Origin: Bacteroidota bacterium
GTDB taxonomy: Bacteria; Bacteroidota; Ignavibacteria; Ignavibacteriales; Ignavibacteriaceae
DNA length: 64,000 nucleotides
Reading direction: 5' to 3'
Assembly (NCBI GenBank): GCA_020161395.1
Contig: JAIUOE010000014.1
Coordinates: 18,746 to 82,745 of the forward strand
Shown: piece by piece, positions 27,923 to 35,098 of the stretch
Layout: every line of letters starts with the position of its first letter
Position numbering within the stretch: position 1 is the first letter of the stretch
Translations under genes and position numbers: made by a program
Notes under the pieces: generated by a model
The model's input: only the letters and a program-made list of their open reading frames with translations
Told to the model about the DNA's origin: nothing
Databases searched by the model: none

Positions 27923-29213
27923 TTCCTGAAAGATCAGACAATCTCAAATCATCAAACTCATCCAAAAACGGCATGCCACCATATCTTCCTTCCAGGTAAT
28001 CAATTTCAAATTTATCAGTTCGCCTTACTTTTATTTCGACAAGCGAATATAGTTTGGAGACTTCAAATCTGTTTTTTTCAACAAACCAGATCTGATCCCG
28101 TCGAAACATATCAGAGCTAAGCAAATGAGTACTCTGTGTATTAAATATCAATTGCGCATTTCCCGGATTTGTCGAAGCAGAATTGAAAAGTTGTGCTATT
28201 TTCAAGACAAGTTTTGGATGCAATTTAGAATCCAGTTCGTCAACAAAAAGAATTGATCCTGTTTCGAGTGCCTCTATTATCGGTCCGGCGAGAGCAAAAA
28301 ATTTCTTTGTACCCGAAGATTCATCTGAATCCATCGAAAAAGTTACTCTTTCGCTCTGTTTTTTACCATTTTTATATTTTTTATGAACGGTTTTTACTTC
28401 GTAAAAAAGATCAAGATCATTCTTTAATTTACTTTTGTACTCTTCACTATTAAATGAATCACTCTGTCCCAAGGAAGATGATGGTGTAAGATAGATGTCT
28501 GTAATACCCATATCGGCTGCATAAAGAAAATTCAAAACTTTCATTTTCCTTTCCTCATCAGTAATCATCGATAAAGTGTAATTGATAAAGGAATCTTCGG
28601 TCAATCCGGAAAATATTTTCAGTCTCTTAAACCATCCCAGAATTTCGAGAGCAAGTTCTTCATTAAAGGTGGCTGCCACAGTGATACATAATGCACTTTC
28701 CCTGACAAAGCCCCCTCTTATAATACTTTTACCTCGCTTAAAAAGTGAGCGGTGCAGTTTAAAATTATCACCCTTTCGGAAATATATTTCCATCTCTTTT
28801 TTGTGAGATCTCATATACAACCATTCAGTGATGACTTTGCCCGGGAGCAGAGTAAAACCATAGCGATAGATTTTATTGTTCGAAAGGAAGACAACCTCAA
28901 ACTCGGATGGCAATTGCTCTGTCTCTGTATCCAATTTGAAAGAGATTTCACTATTAAGACTTGACATCAAAGAAAGCTCCATAGATCTCAGCAAATATTC
29001 CTGCATAAAACCCAGTGCTTCAAATAATTTGCTTTTTCCGGAGGCATTCGCACCATATACTACTGAAGATTTCAACACTCTCAGATCAAAACCGGGTATG
29101 TGAACAACATTTTCAGATTCACGGGTCTCTTTATCATAATTTGCCGCGACCTGACTAAAAACAGTTTTATCTCTGAATGTCTTAAAATTCTTTATTGTGA
29201 ATTCTATTAACAT
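27912..29213 (-). CDS. AAA_21/ABC-type ATPase (AbiLi / OLD N-terminal-like)
   Basis: FTIKNFKTF...YGANASGKSKLFEA (Walker A), ILFVDELDSKLHPKL (Walker B/D-loop), IFNTQSTHLL (H-loop). Confidence 0.8.
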   Translation of the reverse strand: MLIEFTIKNFKTFRDKTVFSQVAANYDKETRESENVVHIPGFDLRVLKSSVVYGANASGKSKLFEALGFMQEYLLRSMELSLMSSLNSEISFKLDTETEQLPSEFEVVFLSNNKIYRYGFTLLPGKVITEWLYMRSHKKEMEIYFRKGDNFKLHRSLFKRGKSIIRGGFVRESALCITVAATFNEELALEILGWFKRLKIFSGLTEDSFINYTLSMITDEERKMKVLNFLYAADMGITDIYLTPSSSLGQSDSFNSEEYKSKLKNDLDLFYEVKTVHKKYKNGKKQSERVTFSMDSDESSGTKKFFALAGPIIEALETGSILFVDELDSKLHPKLVLKIAQLFNSASTNPGNAQLIFNTQSTHLLSSDMFRRDQIWFVEKNRFEVSKLYSLVEIKVRRTDKFEIDYLEGRYGGMPFLDEFDDLRLSDLSGSVH

Positions 29214-29227
29214 AATTATCTATCTTT

Positions 29228-29272
29228 TTGTAAATTTATTGCAAATATTGCAATAATTTTGCAAACATGCAA
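29228..29272 (-). promoter_or_regulatory. array of TTGCAA-type hexamers in the promoter region of the ATPase/RloB operon (candidate operator)
   Basis: TTGTAA 29228-33, TTGCAA 29239-44, TTGCAA 29248-53, TTGCAA 29259-64, ATGCAA 29267-72. Spacing is 8-11 bp, and the array lies 15-60 nt upstream of the ATG at 29213. Confidence 0.4.
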
Positions 29273-29430
29273 CATTTTTTTTAATTATCCTAAATTCCGA
29301 TCTTGACAACTACCGCTTTTTTGTCTTTTGTCGGATTTCATCAGAAGCCCCCATAAAAATTATTCCTCTTCATTTCCCCTCCATTTTGGTTAAATTCACG
29401 GGTTAAATATTCTCTTTTTTCAGGAAAATT

Positions 29431-30084
29431 ATGGACATTATTCTTTATTTGTTCGACTTTATTTTGCATGTGGATGTACATCTGGGTGAGTTGATCAGAG
29501 ATTATGGTGCTTTGACTTACGGCATTTTGTTTTTAATTATTTTTTGTGAGACGGGCCTGGTGGTCACTCCGTTTTTACCGGGTGACTCGTTGCTTTTTGC
29601 TGCAGGAGCTTTTGGAGCGAAAGGTGATCTCGACCCCCATCTGGTGTTTTTGATTCTGGCAGTTGCAGCTTTTCTCGGTGACTCGGTAAATTATTATATC
29701 GGGAAAAAGATTGGTCACCGGGCATATACGATGAACAGCCGGTTTATCAAAAAGGAACATCTGCAGAAAACACATCAGTTTTTCGAAAAACATGGCGGAA
29801 AAACGATCATTTTTGCTCGGTTTTTCCCCATCATCAGAACTTTCGCTCCGTTTGTTGCTGGAATTGGTGAGATGGAATATAAAAAGTTTATTTCATACAA
29901 TGCTGTGGGTGGTGTGCTTTGGGTTGCCATTTTTGTGTATCTCGGATATTTTTTCGGTAACCTTCCCTTCGTAAAACAAAATTTTACGATCGTTTTAGTC
30001 GCTATTGTTGTGATTTCACTGGCACCGGCAATCATCGGAGTTATTAAGAAATACACAAAACCGAAAGCTGAGCCCGAAGCTTAA
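29431..30084 (+). CDS. DedA-family membrane protein
   Basis: FLPGDSLLFAAGAF and FARFFPIIRTFAPFVAG motifs. About 5 TM segments. Confidence 0.85.
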   Translation: MDIILYLFDFILHVDVHLGELIRDYGALTYGILFLIIFCETGLVVTPFLPGDSLLFAAGAFGAKGDLDPHLVFLILAVAAFLGDSVNYYIGKKIGHRAYTMNSRFIKKEHLQKTHQFFEKHGGKTIIFARFFPIIRTFAPFVAGIGEMEYKKFISYNAVGGVLWVAIFVYLGYFFGNLPFVKQNFTIVLVAIVVISLAPAIIGVIKKYTKPKAEPEA

Positions 30085-30109
30085 TTCGGAATATATTAGT
30101 TTGATGTCT

Positions 30110-30142
30110 GGGATTTAACTAACCTGGTTAAATCCCTTTTTT
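30110..30142 (+). terminator. rho-independent terminator of dedA-family gene
   Basis: Perfect 9-bp stem GGGATTTAA / TTAAATCCC with a 9-nt loop, followed by TTTTTT. Confidence 0.75.
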
Positions 30143-30146
30143 ATAT

Positions 30147-30176
30147 AAAAAAAAGGCTGCCCTTTCGGAACAGCCT
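30147..30176 (-). terminator. rho-independent terminator of the Trp-rich repeat protein gene
   Basis: The minus strand reads GGCTG-TT-CC-GAAA-GG-G-CAGCC (GNRA-looped hairpin) followed by TTTTTTTT. Confidence 0.7.
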
Positions 30177-30200
30177 CGGATTCACCAACATCTTATTAAT

Positions 30201-31436
30201 TTATCTTGTTTTTCTTTCCCTTGAGCCACCTGTCGAGCCGGAGCTGCCACGATCGGTGTTTCTGGGGGTTGTATCTTTCTTTGGAGTATCCCTGACGGTA
30301 TTGTCCCGTTTTGTATCTCTTGAAGAGCTTCCGCCGGTGTCACGGGTTACAGGTCTGTTGTCGTCCCTTTTCACTTCTCTCGTTGTGTTGTCACGGGTTA
30401 CAGGCTTGTTGTCATCTCTTTTTACTTCTCTGGAAGTGTTGCCACTATTGTCACGGGTTACAGGTCTGTTATCGTCTTTCTTTACATCTCTTGAAGTGCG
30501 GCTGCCATTATCACGGGTTACAGGTCTGTTGTCATTTCTTGTCACTTCTCTTGAGTCATCTTTTCTGTCGATATTCCTTGTACCGGTATTGTTCTTCACT
30601 TCCCTTGTGATTTCTCTTGCCGATTCATCAACTTTGTCAGATCTCAGGTCGCCATTGTTTCTGGTTCTTGTGATTTCCACTTTTTCATCGTTTCTGTCGG
30701 CACCTCTGTTAAGGTCAATATTCCTTACTTTTACATTTCCATCCGATCTGTTGTTGCCGCGGTCTTTAGCGTTTGTGAAATCAAGATCTCTCGTTTTTAC
30801 ATTGCCACCACCTCTTTTTTCAACGATTCTTGGATCGATTCCTTCATTTACCACGCGGTCGCGATATTTGTAGTTTGAGAATGATTTTGTTCTCTCGTAG
30901 CACCTGTCAGCACCATATCCGGTGAAGTAGTAATCGTATATATTATGTCTGTGGAAGTCTCTGATCCTTACGAATCTCCAGTGGTGAACAGGAATCACGA
31001 TGTTGATCGAGAAAGAGATTCCGTAGTTTGGACTGAAGATTGCGTATGGTGACAATGGAGCCCATCCAATGTAGTCATCATCATATCTCCATTCTACCCA
31101 TGCAGGAGCCCACTCATATCCGGGAACCCATACCCAGCCTTCCCAGTTGTCGTAGTACCATCTTCCATAGTGAAAAACTATGTCGCCAAACGCTTCGTCT
31201 GAATCCCAGAACCAACCATAGCTGGTGTAGACCCATCTGCCGTAAGTGTAAGGCTGCCAGTTTGAATTTACTCTTGAGGGTTTCCAGACGACGACATTAT
31301 CTATCTCCATCCAGTAACCGTAAGATCTAAGTTCTTTATGGAAGGCGTTGAACCTTCCACGGTTGAAGCTGTTATCAGCATTTGCGTTAAATGCCAAAGC
31401 TGCAAAAACCAAAACTGCAAATAATATCCGTTTCAT
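30201..31436 (-). CDS. secreted protein with N-terminal Trp/Tyr/Gly-rich domain and C-terminal R/D/N/T-rich tandem-repeat tail
   Basis: Signal peptide MKRILFAVLVFAALAFNANA. YGRWVYTSYGWFWDSD...GWVWVPGYEWAPAWVEWRY (WxxGxW-like repeats). The C-terminal third is low-complexity with ~20-aa repeats REVKRDDNRPVTRDN.... Confidence 0.6.
   Translation of the reverse strand: MKRILFAVLVFAALAFNANADNSFNRGRFNAFHKELRSYGYWMEIDNVVVWKPSRVNSNWQPYTYGRWVYTSYGWFWDSDEAFGDIVFHYGRWYYDNWEGWVWVPGYEWAPAWVEWRYDDDYIGWAPLSPYAIFSPNYGISFSINIVIPVHHWRFVRIRDFHRHNIYDYYFTGYGADRCYERTKSFSNYKYRDRVVNEGIDPRIVEKRGGGNVKTRDLDFTNAKDRGNNRSDGNVKVRNIDLNRGADRNDEKVEITRTRNNGDLRSDKVDESAREITREVKNNTGTRNIDRKDDSREVTRNDNRPVTRDNGSRTSRDVKKDDNRPVTRDNSGNTSREVKRDDNKPVTRDNTTREVKRDDNRPVTRDTGGSSSRDTKRDNTVRDTPKKDTTPRNTDRGSSGSTGGSRERKTR
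30321..30551 (-). repeat. in-frame ~60-bp tandem repeat (about 4 copies; one copy is 51 bp)
   Basis: TCACGGGTTACAGG(T/C)(C/T)TGTT recurs at roughly 30340, 30390, 30450 and 30510. It encodes the repeated peptide DDN(R/K)PVTRD(N/T). Confidence 0.85.
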
Positions 31437-31466
31437 TGTAAACCTCTCTTTGTTTGTATCTTATCG

Positions 31467-31482
31467 TACAACAACCGTGCCA
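31467..31482 (-). promoter_or_regulatory. candidate sigma-54 (-24/-12) promoter for the Trp-rich repeat protein gene
   Basis: The minus strand reads TTGGCACGGTTGTTGTA versus the consensus YTGGCACG-N4-TTGCW. Spacing is exact. The only mismatch is the -12 C (GT instead of GC). The -12 element lies about 30 nt upstream of the ATG, and AGAGAGG lies just before the start codon. Confidence 0.35.
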
Positions 31483-31530
31483 ATTATTTTCCTTCGTTTT
31501 TGGGCTGTTTTAAGCACTTTTTAAAATATG

Positions 31531-31555
31531 GAACTGTTCATTTTTTTGAACAGTT
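31531..31555. promoter_or_regulatory. inverted repeat in divergent intergenic region (candidate operator)
   Basis: GAACTGTTCA-TTTTTT-TGAACAGTT, with 9-bp perfect arms. Each arm is itself GAAC-N-GTTC. It lies 48 nt upstream of the thioredoxin-like gene ATG. Confidence 0.35.
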
Positions 31556-31602
31556 GTTTCATTATACAGTTTACCAAATGTTATTCATAAAAAGAGAGCA
31601 AA

Positions 31603-32196
31603 ATGTCAAAAAATATTTTATCCAAAAGCTTCGATGCTGGAATCAAATTTGAAGACTTTCTTAAAAAAACTGAAGATTATGTAGAAACAACTGTCGTTGA
31701 TTCCCTTTCTGAGGATGACAAATATCTGTTTAATTATACAAAGCTAAACCTTCAAAGAATGAACCGGGTGCTCAAGACCCATCCTGTGGAAGAGACACTC
31801 GCTACAAAAATAAAAGCCATAAAAGAGAAACAGTACTGGATGTTGATAACAGAAAACTGGTGTGGTGACTCCGCCCAAAGTTCACCTGAATTTTATAAAA
31901 TGAGCCAGTTGAACCCGAATATCGACTTGCGGGTAGTTGAAAGGGATACATTTCCGGAAGTGATGGATATGTACCTGACAAACGGCAAAAGGAGCATTCC
32001 GATAGTTGTAGCTTTTGATGAGAACTGGAACCAGCTCTGGAAGTGGGGCGCCAGACCAAAAGTATTACAGGATCAGATTGACGAGTGGACAGCCCAAAAC
32101 ATGCCCAAGGATGAATGGATTGAGAAAATCCACCTCTGGTATGGCAGAAACAAAGGAAAAGAAGTCTTTGCGGAAATGAACCTTTTGCTATTATAA
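31603..32196 (+). CDS. thioredoxin-fold family protein (CxxS active-site variant)
   Basis: ITENWCGDSAQSSP lies at the position of a thioredoxin-like WCxxC motif, but the second Cys is Ser. The length and secondary-structure pattern are consistent with a Trx-fold. Confidence 0.6.
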   Translation: MSKNILSKSFDAGIKFEDFLKKTEDYVETTVVDSLSEDDKYLFNYTKLNLQRMNRVLKTHPVEETLATKIKAIKEKQYWMLITENWCGDSAQSSPEFYKMSQLNPNIDLRVVERDTFPEVMDMYLTNGKRSIPIVVAFDENWNQLWKWGARPKVLQDQIDEWTAQNMPKDEWIEKIHLWYGRNKGKEVFAEMNLLLL

Positions 32197-32252
32197 TTCT
32201 GTTTCATTATTATTATATTTCAGTATTGTAATTTTGAAAAAACAAGGTAATC

Positions 32253-33323
32253 ATGTCTATTCTCACACAATCAGGTTTGTTAAAGCTTAGAGTTGAAAAA
32301 ATAGTCCACGAAACAGACGATGCAATATCGATCTTGTTGAAAGAAGTTGACGGTAAAGAGTTCTCTTTTAAATCGGGACAGTTCCTGACATTTGTATTTG
32401 ACCAGGACGGGAAGGAAATCCGGAGGTGTTATTCAATTTTTACGCATCCTTCCCGGCTTCCCGAGACGGGAATTGCGATTAAAAAGGTACCCGGCGGATA
32501 TGTATCCGATAATAAAATGGACAACCTTAAGGAAGGCGATATACTTCCGGCACTGGTACCGATGGGTAACTTTATTCGGCGTACTACGGATAAAAAGAAT
32601 ATCATCGCCTTTGGAGCCGGAAGTGGAATAACTCCCCTCCTCTCAATCATTGAGGATGCCATACAAGATGATAAAATTGAGAACATAATCCTCCACTTTG
32701 TGAACAGAAATGAAAAAAGCATAATATTCCGGGATCGTCTCAATAAACTGGCGGCTGGCAACAGAAAATTCAAACTTGTCAATCATATTACTCAACCACT
32801 CAACGGGTGGAACGGCAGCAAAGGAAGAATCAACAGGGAAAAAGCCCTCGAGATTCTGGCTTCGCTTCCGGAGGTGTTAAGATCCGATTCTCAGATTTTT
32901 ATGTGCGGTCCGTGGTCGATGATGGAGGATATTACTTCAGCTGCTCTCGAGGCAGGTTATGACAGAAAGGACATCAATCGTGAGATTTTCAATTTTGCCA
33001 TAAAAAATGAATCTTCCCTGAATCTCGATCCAGTTGCAAGAGAAGTTTCAATTATCGCGGGCGGAAGGTCTTTCGATGTGCTGGTGCAGCCGGGTGATTC
33101 GATACTCGAGACTGCCTTAAACGCGGGAATTGATCTCCCATTTTCCTGTCAGTATGGTTCATGCACATCATGCAAGACGAGACTCGTTTCGGGAAAAGTG
33201 GTGATGCTTGAACAAACAGGATTGTCTGATGAAGAGATTGAAAAAGGAATATGTCTTACTTGTGTCGGCTATCCGGCAAGCGACAATGTAATATTAAACT
33301 ATGATGATCCTCTAATCAGGTAG
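32253..33323 (+). CDS. ferredoxin-NAD(P) reductase-type flavoprotein fused to plant-type 2Fe-2S ferredoxin (PaaE/FNR-like)
   Basis: FAD motif RCYSI, NAD-binding GAGSGITP, C-terminal cluster motif CQYGSCTSCKTRL...CLTC. Confidence 0.8.
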   Translation: MSILTQSGLLKLRVEKIVHETDDAISILLKEVDGKEFSFKSGQFLTFVFDQDGKEIRRCYSIFTHPSRLPETGIAIKKVPGGYVSDNKMDNLKEGDILPALVPMGNFIRRTTDKKNIIAFGAGSGITPLLSIIEDAIQDDKIENIILHFVNRNEKSIIFRDRLNKLAAGNRKFKLVNHITQPLNGWNGSKGRINREKALEILASLPEVLRSDSQIFMCGPWSMMEDITSAALEAGYDRKDINREIFNFAIKNESSLNLDPVAREVSIIAGGRSFDVLVQPGDSILETALNAGIDLPFSCQYGSCTSCKTRLVSGKVVMLEQTGLSDEEIEKGICLTCVGYPASDNVILNYDDPLIR

Positions 33324-34533
33324 CTGCTGCATTTTCTTCTTTTACAAACGCAAGAACAACAATACCTGCCACAAAGAAGAAAAGAAGTGAAAGAATTGCG
33401 TACCTCTGGCTGCCGGTTGCGGAACTTATAAGTCCAAAAACCAGCGGTCCGAGGACTGCAGAACTCTTCCCAAAAAAGGAATAAAAACCAAAGAACTCAG
33501 TCTTTTTATCAGGAGGTGTCAGTTGCGACATCAGTGCCCGGGAAATAGACTGACTCGACCCCATGGCTCCACCCGCCAGAAAACCAACAACATAAAAATA
33601 TGACTTTTCTGTAATCCAAAATGCCATCGCCACTGTAAATATCCAGATAAACAGTGTAATCATGAGGCTCTTCTTGTGTCCGATGGTATCGGAGATTATA
33701 CCAAATACCACAGAACCAAGTATGGCGGTACCCTGTACAGACATGAAGAAAATTATCAATTCCCCTTTTGTGAACCCAAGAGTTGTGGTTGCATATATTC
33801 CAGCGAAATAGATTATGGTATTCACCCCTTCGATAAAAAAGAAGAAGGAGAGGAGAAAAATTGCCAGATTCCTGTATTGTTTCAAGTGTTTTATGGTGAA
33901 AATTACTCTTGTCACCCCTATCGTGAAGTACGATTCCCCTGCCGGTTTTTCCTTTTTATGTTCCTTTAAAAGAATCAGGGTCGGAAGTGCAAAAATGAGG
34001 AAGAAAAGAGCAGCAACCGGAAAAGACTCGCTTATCATCTCCATTTGTATCAATGGCATAAGAATCAGGAGTGAACTTAAGGATCCCAGATAGCCCATCG
34101 CATATCCGTAGCCACTGACTCTGCCAAAATTTTTCGGTTTTGTAATCTCAGGCAGGAATGAATCATAAAAAATCAGGCCCGCCTCAAAGCCAATGTTTGC
34201 AACGATAAGAAGTGCCAGTCCAAGCACCACATCACCCGGTCCCACAAAATACAACAGTGAAGTAGCAAGAATGCAAACAAGTGAAAAGAAGGTGAGAAAT
34301 CGTTTTTTGGTGGAGGTGTAGTCGGCGACAGCTCCGAGAACAGGTGAGATAAGTGCTGTAACCAGCATCGAAACCGAAGTGCCGAGCCCCCAGTAGAAAT
34401 CACCTTCGGATTTGTTGAGGTTTACAGTTTCTTTGAAATAAACTGCATAAAGGAATGTTACAACAATGATTGAATAAGAAGTATTTGCAAAATCATAAAG
34501 AGTCCAGACAAATATCTTCTTTTTTTCATTCAT
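33316..34533 (-). CDS. MFS transporter, UMF1 (Atg22-like) family
   Basis: N-terminus WTLYDFANTSYSIIV is typical of UMF1-family MFS. About 12 TM segments. The 3' end overlaps the convergent reductase gene by 8 nt. Confidence 0.7.
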   Translation of the reverse strand: MNEKKKIFVWTLYDFANTSYSIIVVTFLYAVYFKETVNLNKSEGDFYWGLGTSVSMLVTALISPVLGAVADYTSTKKRFLTFFSLVCILATSLLYFVGPGDVVLGLALLIVANIGFEAGLIFYDSFLPEITKPKNFGRVSGYGYAMGYLGSLSSLLILMPLIQMEMISESFPVAALFFLIFALPTLILLKEHKKEKPAGESYFTIGVTRVIFTIKHLKQYRNLAIFLLSFFFFIEGVNTIIYFAGIYATTTLGFTKGELIIFFMSVQGTAILGSVVFGIISDTIGHKKSLMITLFIWIFTVAMAFWITEKSYFYVVGFLAGGAMGSSQSISRALMSQLTPPDKKTEFFGFYSFFGKSSAVLGPLVFGLISSATGSQRYAILSLLFFFVAGIVVLAFVKEENAAAT

Positions 34534-35014
34534 TTGGTTTTGTGATCCTGGTAAATGTTTCTTCTATCAGCCCTCTGCCGGTCTTGGATATTTTACCCTC
34601 TTTTTCAAGGTCTTCATACATTTTATCGAGCAAGCCGTTAATAAACTTTCCGCTCGCTGCCGTACTGTAATCCTTTGCAATTTCAATAATCTCATTCATT
34701 GTCACTTTACGGGGGATGTCGGGGAAATATCTGAATTCGCAGAGTCCCATTCTAAGGAGTATTCTGTCGATTCGAGCCATTCTTTCAATTTCCCAGTTTT
34801 TTGCGTGAGCCTCTATCTCATCATCAAACCCGGGAGTGTACATTATGGTTTTGCGCACCAGATTTTCAAAAAATTCCCTGTCTGTAGCATCGGTTATTTC
34901 CTCTGAAAGTTCTCCCGCAGTTACTTCTATACCGTCCCGGTTGTAGGAGTGTGCGTATAAAACCTGTAGTACTTTTTCGCGTATAATTCTTCTGTTGGAT
35001 TTTTTCTTTAGCAT
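34526..35014 (-). CDS. nusB: transcription antitermination factor NusB
   Basis: RRIIREKVLQVLYA N-terminus and the ...NEIIEIAKDYS....KFINGLLDK motif. Confidence 0.85.
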   Translation of the reverse strand: MLKKKSNRRIIREKVLQVLYAHSYNRDGIEVTAGELSEEITDATDREFFENLVRKTIMYTPGFDDEIEAHAKNWEIERMARIDRILLRMGLCEFRYFPDIPRKVTMNEIIEIAKDYSTAASGKFINGLLDKMYEDLEKEGKISKTGRGLIEETFTRITKPNE

Positions 35015-35098
35015 ATTCGGTCATAAGGTGTGAAATGAATGCTGAATCAGAGTAAAAACTGAAAAATTCAGATTTTAAATATACAAAAATCAGAGGGG

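Noticed and set aside
27157-29430. Whether the AT-rich ATPase/RloB islet is a bounded mobile element.
   Set aside because: I could find no integrase, transposase, tRNA gene, or flanking direct or inverted repeats by eye in the 91-nt and 217-nt flanks. I therefore report only compositional and contextual evidence for horizontal acquisition, not a mobile_element feature.
30321-30551. Regularly spaced ~60-bp direct repeats that could look like a CRISPR array at first glance.
   Set aside because: The repeats are contiguous with no unique spacers. They are in frame within a long ORF and encode a repeated peptide (DDNRPVTRDN). No cas genes are nearby. This is a coding tandem repeat, not a CRISPR array.
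35015-35098. Short hairpins (CTGAA-TTT-TTCAG on the minus strand at ~35060; AGTGAA-TAAT-TTCACT at ~12400) as possible terminators.
   Set aside because: The stems are only 5-6 bp and AT-rich. The second lacks a T-run. They are too weak to call.
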